DNA of 64,000 bases from Candidatus Krumholzibacteriia bacterium (GTDB lineage: Bacteria; Krumholzibacteriota; Krumholzibacteriia; LZORAL124-64-63), in the NCBI GenBank assembly GCA_030592845.1, contig JAUVII010000003.1, positions 1,366 through 65,365 of the forward strand. Direction: 5' to 3'. The notes under the pieces were generated by a model. It was not told where the DNA came from. It searched no databases and was given only the letters and a program-made list of their open reading frames with translations. How positions within the stretch are numbered: position 1 is the first letter of the stretch; every line of letters starts with the position of its first letter. This document shows positions 26,728 to 37,527 of this stretch, one piece after another. The translations under genes were made by a program, and so were the position numbers.

Positions 26728-29399
26728 GAAGAATTCCGGTCCTGCCGAACCGCCGTCACGCTTTCGGCGGGCAGCCAGCCACGCCATTCACCGCCCATTC
26801 CAATCCTTACCCAGCCCTCCCGCTTGCCCTCGATGTTGACGGTCAAACCATCGTGAACCTCGAACAAAACCGGGAAATTGTCGGCGGGCCCGGATTTGAC
26901 CTCAGCCACCTTGACGATCACCACCGCTTCGTTCCGGATTTCTTCGTGATACCAGCGACCGGCGGTCACAATGGCCACGATGAGGAGACCGGCCCCGCTG
27001 GCCAGCAACAGACGCCTCAGTTGAATTCCGATATCCTCGCGAAACCAGCCCCACCCGATCAGGGCCGCGGTCAACCAGATCATCACCAGAAGAACCATAC
27101 CCCACTGGTCCAGGGTGAGAGCGGAGACTATCCAGGCGACCTGCGCGATAAACAGGGGCCATTCCTCGTCGGTCAGTTCCAAGTCCTTGATATGATGCCG
27201 GACCCACGCCAGATTGGCCCCGATGTCCCGGTCCAGCGGGGCCAGGCGCTTGGCGCGCAAATAGGAAGCAACCGCCTGGCCGAGTTCCCCCCGGCGGGCA
27301 TGGACATTACCCAGGTTGAAGTGAAGCACCGCGTCATTGGCCCCCAGGTTCCAGGCCCCGAGATAGAGTTCCAGGGCCAGATCGGTTTCCCCTGCCGTAT
27401 AGGCCTGGTTACCTTCGGCCAACAGGCGAACGGGGTCCTTTCCCGGCCGGTGGGCAGGATCCGGTTCGGCCGCCTGGACCACAGACGCCGCCAGAGCCAG
27501 AAAAAGAACGGCCGGCAGCAGGCTTACGGCAGGCCCGCCGATCCGCGTGGCGGAAGGCATCCGGGATTTCCGGGCTTCGTCCAGTTCCAACAGCAACTCT
27601 TTCACTTCGGCGATCAAGCGAGCGCCTCCGATCCCGGCCAGGCCTCCCCCATAGCGGGCCGAGTCGCACTCATCGAGAATTTCAATCAGACGGTCTCCCG
27701 CGGATGGCTGACCCACCGCGGCGCAATACTCCAGAACCTCAGCCACTCCGATGGCGGCCGGGGGCCGGTCCGTACAGTCAGCCACGAAACCGGAGATGGC
27801 CCGCGCGATACCGGTCATGCACTCCCGGGAACTCTCCTCCGGAGATACCTTCCCCAGTTCCGCGTGGGCCATGGCCAGGGACAACCGGCGGCGGCGCCCG
27901 GCGGGATTTCGACGGTCTTCGGACAGCCGATTCAGGTAAAACCGAAGCAGGCCGATCAGCAGGACCGGAAGCAGGAAAACCACCCACCACCCGAAACTGC
28001 CCAGCCAGGGACCGGACCGTCGTCCCAGTCTGCCTGGTACCTTGTGGATAAAAGCCAGATCCTCGCTCAACCTGCTGATCTCATTGCGCAGGAATCCGGA
28101 GCTTTCATCCCCTGCCAGGGGGAGATCGCTGGGAGTTACCCGGACCTCGCCGACCGCTGCGCGGGACACTCTGTATTCGCCTCGCCGGGAATCGAACCAG
28201 GACAGTTCCAGCGGCGGTATGGCAAGCACCCCTTCGGTACCGGCGATGAGGACTTTTTCCACGGAGATCGTGCCGGACATCCTGTCACCCGTGGGTCGCG
28301 ACTGGAAACTTTCTGCCGCGTCGTGCATACGGGTTCCAGCCGGGGCGACAATTTTCAACCCGGAAAAACCCTTGAGGAATCCGTCCGCAACCAGAGTGAC
28401 CTTCAGCCCCAGGGCCTCACCCCGCGGAACGGAATCCTGATCAACGTAAGCCTGAAGACTGAGCCGGGAAGCCACGATGCCGGAAAACCCGGCCGGCCTG
28501 GGCGCCGGCAGTTCCTTGACCTTGATGGTCAGGGATCTCGTGCGGAGAACATTGGGCCCGCGCCGTGAACGGCGGGAGTTGAAAAACCGGTCAAAAACCC
28601 CTTCGGCAAAAGACAGCTCAGCCGGTTCGACGATCAGTTCCCCGCTGCGTGTGGGAAAGAGGGAATACCGGATTTCCGTGACGTTGTAGGCCCGCCCCTT
28701 GACCACCTTCCGGTAGTTCTTTTCCTCACCCAGGTCTTCACGCCAGAACCCCTCGGTGCGGGGAGCCTGGTAGGAAGGATTGTTCCAGGGTTGAATCCGG
28801 CGCCAGTAGCGAAAAGTGAGAATGATCTGCTGCCCCACCCAGGCTTCCTCGAAATCCGCGTCCAGGGTCAGAAAAATGTCGTCGCCGGGTTGCCCCGACT
28901 GGTTGCCGGTGGCGCTCACCGCCGGAGGCGAGAGACGGTTCCCCGTATTGGCCGGTGGAATGGCCTTGGGAGGCACCGGAGCGGTGACCCTGATCCTGAT
29001 CGGTTGGGTCCTGCATTCTGAACCACCCGCCGAAACAACCACGGGACCAATGGTTAAATCACCTTCCGTATCCACCCTCAGGTACCATGTCCGGGAAACC
29101 GAAGTCCGGGACTTGCCGTTGACAACGCTCATGCTTTGGTTGGTCCCGCCGCTTTGGATCCTGACGCCCGGGATTTCAGGCAACCGGAAATCTGCGGACC
29201 ACCCCATCTGCCCGGTGGCCGAAACGGTCAGAACGATGTTTTCCCCCCTGGGAACGGTGGAACGATTGACCTGGGCCGAGCAGGAAATATCCGTTTGAGC
29301 ACCCACCCGGACGGGAGACAGCAACACCAGCAGGATCAGAACCGGCGAAACCATCCTGCATATGGGTCGTGATATATTCCGCATCGTTCGGGTCACCAT
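26724..29399 (-). CDS. BatD-like protein fused to a BatE-like module (TPR + TM segments + C-terminal SH3-like domain)
   Basis: 891 aa. Signal peptide; BatD-like N-terminal half (CSAQVNRSTVPRGENIVLTVSATG..); internal TM segments. TPR (NLGNVHARRGELGQAVASYLRAKRLAP). C-terminal VKVAEVKSGPADNFPVLFEVHDGLTVNIEGKREGWVRI. Alternative starts at 29384 or 29354. Confidence 0.65.
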   Translation of the reverse strand: MVTRTMRNISRPICRMVSPVLILLVLLSPVRVGAQTDISCSAQVNRSTVPRGENIVLTVSATGQMGWSADFRLPEIPGVRIQSGGTNQSMSVVNGKSRTSVSRTWYLRVDTEGDLTIGPVVVSAGGSECRTQPIRIRVTAPVPPKAIPPANTGNRLSPPAVSATGNQSGQPGDDIFLTLDADFEEAWVGQQIILTFRYWRRIQPWNNPSYQAPRTEGFWREDLGEEKNYRKVVKGRAYNVTEIRYSLFPTRSGELIVEPAELSFAEGVFDRFFNSRRSRRGPNVLRTRSLTIKVKELPAPRPAGFSGIVASRLSLQAYVDQDSVPRGEALGLKVTLVADGFLKGFSGLKIVAPAGTRMHDAAESFQSRPTGDRMSGTISVEKVLIAGTEGVLAIPPLELSWFDSRRGEYRVSRAAVGEVRVTPSDLPLAGDESSGFLRNEISRLSEDLAFIHKVPGRLGRRSGPWLGSFGWWVVFLLPVLLIGLLRFYLNRLSEDRRNPAGRRRRLSLAMAHAELGKVSPEESSRECMTGIARAISGFVADCTDRPPAAIGVAEVLEYCAAVGQPSAGDRLIEILDECDSARYGGGLAGIGGARLIAEVKELLLELDEARKSRMPSATRIGGPAVSLLPAVLFLALAASVVQAAEPDPAHRPGKDPVRLLAEGNQAYTAGETDLALELYLGAWNLGANDAVLHFNLGNVHARRGELGQAVASYLRAKRLAPLDRDIGANLAWVRHHIKDLELTDEEWPLFIAQVAWIVSALTLDQWGMVLLVMIWLTAALIGWGWFREDIGIQLRRLLLASGAGLLIVAIVTAGRWYHEEIRNEAVVIVKVAEVKSGPADNFPVLFEVHDGLTVNIEGKREGWVRIGMGGEWRGWLPAESVTAVRQDRNSS

Positions 29400-31213
29400 T
29401 TTTTTCCGCTTTTCGGTTTGCCGCCCTTGAGCCTCTTCTGCACCGATTTTTTGAGCTCTTCCTCGTCCCGATCCAGTGCCTTGAGAATCTGGAGGGCCTG
29501 TTCCTGGGTCAACTCCTCGGTGTCAGTCTCGTTGGGCTCCTGTTGCTCTTCAGATTGATCAGTCTGGTTTTGTTCCTGCTGTTCCTGATCCTGCTGTTCC
29601 TGGTCCGGTTGTTCCTGGTCCTGTTGTTCCTGATCCTGTTGTTCCTGATCCTGTTTTTCCTGATCGTCCTGCTTATCCTGATCTTCCTTCTTTTCCTGAT
29701 CGTCCTGCTGCTCCTGCTGCTGTTCCTGCTGCTGTTCCTGGATCCGCTTCATGGCCACCTCCAGGTTGTGCAAGGCATCCGCCTGATCCACATCCAGCGA
29801 GAGTGACTTGAGTAACCTGTCCACCGCCTGGCCGGGATCTCCCGACGCCAGCAGGGAAGTTCCCGCGTTGTAAAGAGCTTCAGCTCTCAATTCCTCGTCT
29901 TCGGTCAGGGAAAGGGTGCGTTCAAACTCGGCGAGGGCTTCTTCATATCTTTCGAGCTCGAAAAGAGTCTCCCCCACGGCCAGGCTGACCAGGGGATCAT
30001 CGGGATCCTGAACGAGAGCCGACTCGAATTCGTCCAGCGCCTCTTCAAATCGTCCCACCAGAAAATTTTCCCGCCCTCTTGCCAATTCCCTGTTTCCGGA
30101 TCCAAGAGAAACGGCGGAGGCAGGGCCGGCGCAAGCCAGCCACGCCATCATGACCAATACCAGCGCGGTAATGACTCCATGACCTTCCTTGCCGGAAGTT
30201 CCGGCGGAGGTCCGGGGACGCAGGAGCAAGCGCAACCCGAAGCTCAACAGGGACAGGATGAGGGGCAGGAGAAAACGTTCCTGGTAGGCGGATATCCTGC
30301 GCTCCTCAAGGTCACGCCTTCCCAATCGCTGCAGTTCGGCAAATAGGCGGTCACCGGCAAGCCCGTCTACCCCGATGCGGAAGGGGCTGCCTCCGCCGAT
30401 CGACGCCAGTTTCTCGAGGGAAGCCATATCCAACCGTGTCATGACCACTTTGCCGTCATCATCCTTCATGAAACCCGAAGCGCGACCCCGCACATCCAGG
30501 GTGGGAATCAAACCGCCGGTTTCTTCGCCGACGCCAACCGGGATGACCCGGATCCCGTCTTTCCGGCAGGCTTCCGCTTCCTTGATCCAGTCCCCCTCAA
30601 GATCTTCTCCGTCGGTGACCAGAAGGATCGCCTGAAAGGTCCCCCCGGGAGCTCCTTCCCTGCCTTTGGCCAGCAGTTCGCGACCCGTTTTCAGCGCCAC
30701 GCCGATGGCTGTCCCCTGTTCAGACATCATGTCCGGTCCCGCCATCCTGAGGAAGATTCCCGCGGTGCCGTAATCCAGGGTCAAAGGACATTGCACAAAG
30801 GCCGAACCGGCAAAAAACACCAGCCCGATGCGGCTGTCTTCAAGCCGGGCCAGAAAACTGCCCAGTTCGGTCTTGGCGCGTTCCATCCGGTTGGGCGGGA
30901 CATCCTCGGCGAGCATGGAATTGGAAATATCCAGCGCGACCACGATATCGGAGCCGCGTTGTGTGACGGTCACTTCACTGGCCCCCCACTGGGGCCGGGC
31001 AAGGGCCATCAAAAGCCAGAAAAGACCCGCGAAAAAGAGGAAGCGCCGCCAACTCCGCAAACGGGGGTTGGCGCCCTCCACATGGCGACCGGCCTGGCTA
31101 CCCAGCAGAAGACGCATCTTGGCGTCCGCACCGCGGTCCGCGGAGCGCAGCAACAGCCACAGAACCGGAAGAACCGGAACGAACCACAGCCAAATTTCCT
31201 GGGCAAATCTCAC
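29393..31213 (-). CDS. BatB-like VWA protein fused to a BatC-like TPR module with Gln/Glu/Asp-rich repeat tail
   Basis: The 810-aa ORF is trimmed to GTG 31213 (MRFAQEIWLWFVPVLPVLWLL), because the upstream part overlaps batA in another frame. VWA MIDAS DIVVALDISNSM. TPR after a TM segment. Tail QEQQQEQQ..DQEQQDQEQQ..LTQEQALQILKALDRDEEELKK. Confidence 0.7.
   Translation of the reverse strand: MRFAQEIWLWFVPVLPVLWLLLRSADRGADAKMRLLLGSQAGRHVEGANPRLRSWRRFLFFAGLFWLLMALARPQWGASEVTVTQRGSDIVVALDISNSMLAEDVPPNRMERAKTELGSFLARLEDSRIGLVFFAGSAFVQCPLTLDYGTAGIFLRMAGPDMMSEQGTAIGVALKTGRELLAKGREGAPGGTFQAILLVTDGEDLEGDWIKEAEACRKDGIRVIPVGVGEETGGLIPTLDVRGRASGFMKDDDGKVVMTRLDMASLEKLASIGGGSPFRIGVDGLAGDRLFAELQRLGRRDLEERRISAYQERFLLPLILSLLSFGLRLLLRPRTSAGTSGKEGHGVITALVLVMMAWLACAGPASAVSLGSGNRELARGRENFLVGRFEEALDEFESALVQDPDDPLVSLAVGETLFELERYEEALAEFERTLSLTEDEELRAEALYNAGTSLLASGDPGQAVDRLLKSLSLDVDQADALHNLEVAMKRIQEQQQEQQQEQQDDQEKKEDQDKQDDQEKQDQEQQDQEQQDQEQPDQEQQDQEQQEQNQTDQSEEQQEPNETDTEELTQEQALQILKALDRDEEELKKSVQKRLKGGKPKSGKKW
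29568..29742. repeat. In-frame 15-bp tandem repeat inside the BatB/C-like gene
   Basis: Six phased copies of GTTCCTGATCCTGTT-like units begin at 29581, 29596, 29611, 29626, 29641 and 29656. Degenerate copies flank them. They encode QDQEQ-type pentapeptides on the minus strand. Confidence 0.85.
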
Positions 31214-31260
31214 ATCATTCCTTTTCCAACAGCCCCCCGCATGGGGAAGCCCGGCATGAA

Positions 31261-32250
31261 CTACGGCACCCGGCGCAACCAGGTGCCAGCCAAGAGCCCT
31301 TCCAGCAGAAAGAGCAGCAAGGCAGGCATCGCGAACCAGATCATTCTTTCCCTGTACCAGGTGCTGACCGTTGTTTCGTAGCGGGCGGTTTCGAGTCCGT
31401 CGATAGTCCTGAATATTTCCTGCAACGCTTCCGGATCCGTGGCCTGGTACATGGCACCCCCGGTCAGATCCGCGATTCTTTTCAACAGGGCCAGATCGAT
31501 TTTGGTTTCCACCTGGCGTGTGCGACGCCCGAATACCGGGTCGTCCACCGGATAGGGCACCATTCCTTCCCGGCCGATCGCCACGGTGTAGACACGGACA
31601 TCCAGCGACTGGGCCAGTTTGGCCGCCGTTTCCGGTTCCAGGGTGGGAACGTTGTTCACCCCGTCGGTCAGCAGGATCACCGTGCGGCTGGGAGAAGTGG
31701 AATGCTTCAGGCGGGCAACCGCCGTGGCCAGGCCCAAACCGATGGCCGTGCCGTCGTCGATCAGACCCACCTGGATTTCGTCCAGAAAGCCCTTCAAAAT
31801 GGAATGGTCCAGGGTCAGGGGGCATTGGGTGAAGGATTTGGCGGCGAAGACCACCAGGCCGATGCGATCGCTGGTGCGGCCGTCGATGAATCCCCTGATC
31901 ACTTCCTTGGCGGATTCCAATCGGTCCAGGGGATGGAAATCCAGGGATCTCATGCTGCCGCTGATATCCAGGGACAATATGATGTCGATCCCCTCTCCCT
32001 CCACCTGTTCACTGCGGTGGGCCACCCTGGGTCCGGCGGCGGCAATGATCAACAAGACAAGGCCCAGGCCCGACAGTAGCGGGAGCATTGCAGCCAGGCG
32101 TGCCCGAAAACCGGTGCTCTGTTCACCAAGCAACCCCAACCGGGGATGCCGCAAGGCGGCGGGATCCCCGCCCTGCCTGAAACGGACCCACATGACCACC
32201 CCTACCAGGGGTGTCAGCAACAGCAGAAGGGGGCGGGCGAATTCCATCAT
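31261..32250 (-). CDS. BatA-like membrane-anchored VWA-domain protein
   Basis: 329 aa. N-terminal TM; MIDAS DIILSLDISGSM; VVFAAKSFTQCPLTLDH; C-terminal TM. Confidence 0.8.
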   Translation of the reverse strand: MMEFARPLLLLLTPLVGVVMWVRFRQGGDPAALRHPRLGLLGEQSTGFRARLAAMLPLLSGLGLVLLIIAAAGPRVAHRSEQVEGEGIDIILSLDISGSMRSLDFHPLDRLESAKEVIRGFIDGRTSDRIGLVVFAAKSFTQCPLTLDHSILKGFLDEIQVGLIDDGTAIGLGLATAVARLKHSTSPSRTVILLTDGVNNVPTLEPETAAKLAQSLDVRVYTVAIGREGMVPYPVDDPVFGRRTRQVETKIDLALLKRIADLTGGAMYQATDPEALQEIFRTIDGLETARYETTVSTWYRERMIWFAMPALLLFLLEGLLAGTWLRRVP

Positions 32251-33389
32251 GTCTCACCCCCGGCCGTCACGGTAGAGGCTCCGCCCCTGCGGATGGACCC
32301 CGCGGACAGTTCACGGCCCAGGTCCTTCCAGGCGGTTTCGCCATCGGCGACCCGACCGGCGGGCACCTCGGAATACCGGGGCAACACGCGCACCCGTCCG
32401 ATTTCAGTAAAAAACAGGATCGCCTGGTCACGGCACCAGCCGGGCGGGGCGGGCTCCGGATTGTAGCGGTGGTGGTCCATGGAATCGATCAACCGGCCAA
32501 AGACTCCGGGATGGGGAGACAGAAAACCCAGGTCGCCGCAGGCCCCCAATATTTCCCTGCCGGTCATTTCCTGGGCGGCGATCCGGTAGCGTCCGGCTAC
32601 GAAACGGCGGGTGATTCCCGCCAGTCCGTCCAGGAAGGGCCGGCTTTCCCCCCTGTTCAAAAAACCCCTGGCTAAAAGATCCCGTAATTCGACAGAGGCG
32701 GATAGCCAGGCAGGGGCCGGAATTTTGCGATCGATCCATTCCTCCTTGCCGCGCCCCCGGTCCCACAACAGTCTCGCGATCACCAGGACAAGGGCCAGGA
32801 AAGCAACCAGTCCCAGGACGACCCAAGGCGACCATGGGACCCTCCGCGGGGTCCGGACAGGGGCAGTTTCGGCGGTTCCTTCCACACGGCCCAGCACATG
32901 GATAACCGACGAGCTGAAGGCCGGAGCCTGAATCAAAAAAGGATTAGTCCGGTAGACGCGGAAGGTAACGACGAACCGCGTACCATCCGGGACAGAAGGA
33001 AGATCGCCGACATCGGGTCCCGCGCCGGAACCGCCTCCCAGTAGCCTGCCAATGACACCAGGGGCCCGGATAATCTCAGGAACCAGCCACTCTCCGCCAG
33101 CGACCAGGGGAATATCCGGTGCCGTCCCCATCGCCTCGGGATAATCCATGATGAGGTGGAACAGACCCCCGAAAACAACGGTGTCCTGGACAGTGTGGAT
33201 CCGGATCGGACCCACCTCCAGACCTGAAAAATCGAGGATGGCGGCGGCGGTGTCGATAACTGCCTCGGCCGGAGTTCCAGGCTGCATTGCCGGTACGGAG
33301 CCAGGGGGCTGATGGCCTGTCTGGGCCAGTCCTGGAGTTACGTACAGGCACAAGAAAACCGCAGCGGCCGTAATCCGTGAAGGGGTCAT
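32247..33389 (-). CDS. Membrane protein with periplasmic N-domain and DUF4381-like cytoplasmic part (Bat operon member)
   Basis: 380 aa. Signal peptide; TM VVLGLVAFLALVLVIARLLW. The following segment resembles DUF4381 (from memory). 4-nt overlaps with DUF58 and batA. Confidence 0.5.
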   Translation of the reverse strand: MTPSRITAAAVFLCLYVTPGLAQTGHQPPGSVPAMQPGTPAEAVIDTAAAILDFSGLEVGPIRIHTVQDTVVFGGLFHLIMDYPEAMGTAPDIPLVAGGEWLVPEIIRAPGVIGRLLGGGSGAGPDVGDLPSVPDGTRFVVTFRVYRTNPFLIQAPAFSSSVIHVLGRVEGTAETAPVRTPRRVPWSPWVVLGLVAFLALVLVIARLLWDRGRGKEEWIDRKIPAPAWLSASVELRDLLARGFLNRGESRPFLDGLAGITRRFVAGRYRIAAQEMTGREILGACGDLGFLSPHPGVFGRLIDSMDHHRYNPEPAPPGWCRDQAILFFTEIGRVRVLPRYSEVPAGRVADGETAWKDLGRELSAGSIRRGGASTVTAGGET

Positions 33390-34300
33390 CGTGACGACCG
33401 CCTGGATCGTCGGCCTTCACGGGCGAGAAAAAATTTCCGGAGAGGCTCCACGTAGGATTGGGTTACGTCGATTTCAACCAGGTCGACCCCGCGCGAGGCA
33501 AGGAGTTTCTCCAGGGCCCTGTCATGAGAAGCAGCCCGCCCGGCCAGGCGGCGGGCGGTCGCGTCCGAGGAAGTGTCGATCAGGGCGACCTGGCCGGTTT
33601 CGGCATCGACCCACTTCACCAGCCCCACCTTGGGCAGTGAAGTTTCCCGGGGATCCCGGACCCGCACGGCCACCACGTCATGGCGCCGTCCAAGGACCGA
33701 AAGGCTTTTCGAAAAATCTCCCGCCCAAAAATCCGACACCAGGAAAACCGTGGCCTTGCGCTTGAGAACCGAGCCCAGCAGACGCAGCGGTTCGTTGAGA
33801 TCGGTGCCGCGCCCTTCCGGCTCATGGGTCAGCAGTTCGCGGATGCAGCGCAGAACGTGGCTCTTGCCTTTGGCGGGTGGAATGAATTTTTCCGTCCGGT
33901 CGCTGAAAAGCAGCAGGCCGACCTTGTCCTTGTTCGCGATGGCGGAAAAGGCCAGCACACCGCACAACTCCGCGGCGACCTCCACCTTGGTTCTTTCACC
34001 GGACCCGAACCAGCCACTGCGGCTCATATCGACCACCAGGATGACCGTCAGTTCGCGTTCCTCCTCAAAGAGTTTGACGAAGGGGTCACCGGTTCGTGCC
34101 GTCACGTTCCAGTCGATGGTACGCACGTCATCGCCCGCGACGTACTCGCGCACCTCGCGAAATTCCATCCCCATGCCCTTGAACACGGAGTGGTATTCCC
34201 CGGAAAAAACCTCATCCACCAGACGGCGGGTTCGGATCTCGATCCTCCTGACGGTGGCCAGGATTTCCGGTGGAATGGATGTGTTGCGTGGCTGCTTCAT
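33386..34300 (-). CDS. DUF58-domain protein (MoxR-associated)
   Basis: 304 aa. FREVREYVAGDDVRTIDWNVTARTGDPFVKLFEEERELTVILVVDMSRS is the classic DUF58 signature. Confidence 0.85.
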   Translation of the reverse strand: MKQPRNTSIPPEILATVRRIEIRTRRLVDEVFSGEYHSVFKGMGMEFREVREYVAGDDVRTIDWNVTARTGDPFVKLFEEERELTVILVVDMSRSGWFGSGERTKVEVAAELCGVLAFSAIANKDKVGLLLFSDRTEKFIPPAKGKSHVLRCIRELLTHEPEGRGTDLNEPLRLLGSVLKRKATVFLVSDFWAGDFSKSLSVLGRRHDVVAVRVRDPRETSLPKVGLVKWVDAETGQVALIDTSSDATARRLAGRAASHDRALEKLLASRGVDLVEIDVTQSYVEPLRKFFLAREGRRSRRSSR

Positions 34301-34308
34301 GATCGGAT

Positions 34309-35295
<987 letters not shown>

Positions 35296-35526
35296 GGCAC
35301 CCTTTCTGGCCCAAAGGCGAAATTAAAACCGGGGAAAGAAATATGTTCATACGCGGGCCGTCACGGCAAGTTCCATTCGGGCCGCATCTTTCGCTGAGCA
35401 AAAATACCCAACCCGTTTTTTCTTGCCAACACCTATGAAAAGGCTTTCAATATTCACCACACGGATCCGGGACACACTACCCGGCCCAAACTCAGGAATC
35501 ACCCGGGAGATGCCCACCAGCGACCA

Positions 35527-35841
35527 TTGCGGGCAGATCCCCAGGCCAGGGAGACCACCTTGCGGATCAGCAAGCGCAAAATCGAATACCTTTCCGACAA
35601 GGTTCTCAAGATGCTCCAGGAGCATCCCATGATTCATTCGGACTCCAATACCGACCTCGTGACCCGCGCCATCGACGATGCGATTTTCGAAAACATGAAC
35701 CAGGAAGACGAACTCGACGAACAGGTGGAAGCCCTCGTCAACCAGAACAAAAACGAGATCCGGGCCATGGAAATGGACCTTGGAGCCCTGCGCAACAAGA
35801 TCAAGCGGGAACTTGCGCGAAAGAACGGCTTTACCCTTTGA
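35527..35841 (+). CDS. DUF507-like small acidic protein (copy 1)
   Basis: The likely true start is TTG 35560, preceded by AGGGAGA (MRISKRKIEYLSDKVLKML..). DUF507 resemblance is from memory. The antisense 250-aa ORF is low-complexity and rejected. Confidence 0.55.
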   Translation: MRADPQARETTLRISKRKIEYLSDKVLKMLQEHPMIHSDSNTDLVTRAIDDAIFENMNQEDELDEQVEALVNQNKNEIRAMEMDLGALRNKIKRELARKNGFTL

Positions 35842-35884
35842 CGCCACGTGGAATTCCCTGGCACGCATACGATGGAGGAATTGA

Positions 35885-36169
35885 GTGAGACTGTCTGAAG
35901 AACGCGTGGCCGTCCTGGCCCGAATGATTTGTGACCGACTTCTGGATGAAGAGCTGGTGGATCTCGAGATCGCCGAGAACGATTTCGTATTCCAAATTGA
36001 AAACCTCATCCTCAAGGATCTGAAAATCGAGGACGAAATTGACGAAGAGGCCACTACCTTCCTGCTCAAGACCAAACCCAACCTGGAAGAAGGTTCCACG
36101 GAATGGGATGTCGAGCTGGAACGGAAGAAGGAGGAATTCTCGATTGCCCGCGGTTATGTTTCCTTTTGA
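35885..36169 (+). CDS. DUF507-like small acidic protein (copy 2)
   Basis: 94 aa. MRLSEERVAVLARMICDRLLDEELVDL.. Same architecture as copy 1 and the same strand, 43 bp downstream. Confidence 0.55.
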   Translation: MRLSEERVAVLARMICDRLLDEELVDLEIAENDFVFQIENLILKDLKIEDEIDEEATTFLLKTKPNLEEGSTEWDVELERKKEEFSIARGYVSF

Positions 36170-36244
36170 AGCGAATCCTGCTGGTCCGGCTCCTCTCTCC
36201 CACTCGCCGCTAGCGGGCTCCCCCAATCCCCCCCCCCTGTTTCA

Positions 36245-37504
36245 GTGGCCATGAAAATCCTGGTCCTGACACCCTATCTTCCCCACCGACGTGTCGGCCA
36301 CGGTGGCGGCACCGCCGTCCGGGACCTGGTTACCTGGCTGGCCCGGCGGCACGAAGTCCAGGTTGCCGCCCTGGTCAGGCCGGGCGAGGAGAGCCTGTCC
36401 GGTGAAGTCGAGGAACTGGGCGTTTCCCTGGCCCCCATCCCCTTCCGGGACAGGAAGGCCCAGGGTTCCGACAGGATGGCCATGCTCATCGAGCGCACCC
36501 GCGCCTGGGGCCGGTCCCGGATATCGGGTTTTCCATGGTATGTGGAGAAATACTGGTCACCGGAAATTTCGCGGCAGGTCCTTTCCATCGCCGAGACATT
36601 TGACCCTGACGTGATCCAGGTCGAATATCTGCAGATGGCCCTGCTGGTCCGCGACCTCAGGCGGTGGCGCCACCAACGGAATGCGACCGCGCCCCTGCTG
36701 GTCCTCAACAGCCACGAACTGGGATCTCTTCCCCGGGAACGCCGCGCCGCCCGCGCTTCAAACCCCCTGGCCGCCTACGCCTTTAAAAAACAGGCGGAAG
36801 GCTGGCGGCGCCTCCAGGTGGCAAGCACCCTCTGGGCCGACCGCACGCTGTGTGTCACCCCGGAGGATCACACCCTGTTTGAAAACATGGGCGGCAGGAA
36901 CCTGGTAACCGTGCCCTTGGGCATGGATCTTCTCAGAATCAGGGCCGACTGGGATCCCGGCCAGGGCCTGCGGCTTCTTTTTGTCGGGTCCTTTGACCAC
37001 CGTCCCAACCGGCTGGCGGCCACCTTCCTGGTCAACACCATGTGGCCCGCGGTGTCCGCCGCCCTGCCGGAAGCCCGTTTAACCATCATCGGCCGGGGTT
37101 CACGCTCATTTCTGAGCCGCATGGACAGTCTGGAAAGCTGGGGTGCCAAAGGTGTGGAAGCCCTGGGTTTTGTCGAGGATCTCACCGGGTTATTCCGGAA
37201 GTGCCACTTGTTCGTGGCTCCGTTGCCGGAAGGCGGCGGCATCAAGATCAAGATCCTCGAGGCCATGGCCCGGGGAATTCCGGTGGTGACGACCCCGGTC
37301 GGGGCAGAGGGAATTTCAACCGCGGATGAAGGGGCCATTGTCATCGCCCCATGCGACGACGAATTCGCTCCGGCCGTCCTGGCCGCCGCACAGGACCCGG
37401 CCGGTTGCCGGCGCCGGGCCGAGACCGCCAGACACCTCATCGAGACCAGATTCAGTTGGGCCGCCATCACCGACCAGTTAACCGAAATCTACCAGGAAAA
37501 ATAA
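36245..37504 (+). CDS. Glycosyltransferase, GT4 (GT-B fold) family
   Basis: 419 aa. MKILVLTPYLPHRRVGHGGG; C-terminal EGGGIKIKILEAMARGIPVVTT (E-x7-E-type motif). Confidence 0.8.
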   Translation: MAMKILVLTPYLPHRRVGHGGGTAVRDLVTWLARRHEVQVAALVRPGEESLSGEVEELGVSLAPIPFRDRKAQGSDRMAMLIERTRAWGRSRISGFPWYVEKYWSPEISRQVLSIAETFDPDVIQVEYLQMALLVRDLRRWRHQRNATAPLLVLNSHELGSLPRERRAARASNPLAAYAFKKQAEGWRRLQVASTLWADRTLCVTPEDHTLFENMGGRNLVTVPLGMDLLRIRADWDPGQGLRLLFVGSFDHRPNRLAATFLVNTMWPAVSAALPEARLTIIGRGSRSFLSRMDSLESWGAKGVEALGFVEDLTGLFRKCHLFVAPLPEGGGIKIKILEAMARGIPVVTTPVGAEGISTADEGAIVIAPCDDEFAPAVLAAAQDPAGCRRRAETARHLIETRFSWAAITDQLTEIYQEK

Positions 37505-37527
37505 GAGCAGGTGGAGGGATCCCGTTT

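Noticed and set aside
29568-29742. Regularly spaced 15-bp repeats; considered as a CRISPR-like array.
   Set aside because: The units are contiguous with no spacers and in frame within a protein-coding gene. They encode a QDQEQ low-complexity tail, and no cas genes are present in the window.
29393-31825. 810-aa version of the BatB/C-like ORF. Other over-long ORF-track entries: nadA 451 aa, lon 835 aa, rfbB 408 aa, rlmN 421 aa, acyl-CoA ligase 822 aa, OFOR beta-gamma 544 aa.
   Set aside because: The N-terminal extensions overlap the upstream gene in another frame or are Arg/Gly/Pro-rich read-through of intergenic DNA. Canonical family N-termini with RBS or ATGA coupling are found at internal starts.
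35347-36099. 250-aa minus-strand ORF spanning both DUF507-like genes.
   Set aside because: The translation is serine/arginine low-complexity (SSSISSSIFRS..RSTSSSSRSRS), the mirror image of the acidic sense proteins. The sense ORFs have RBS-like sequences and family-like N-termini.
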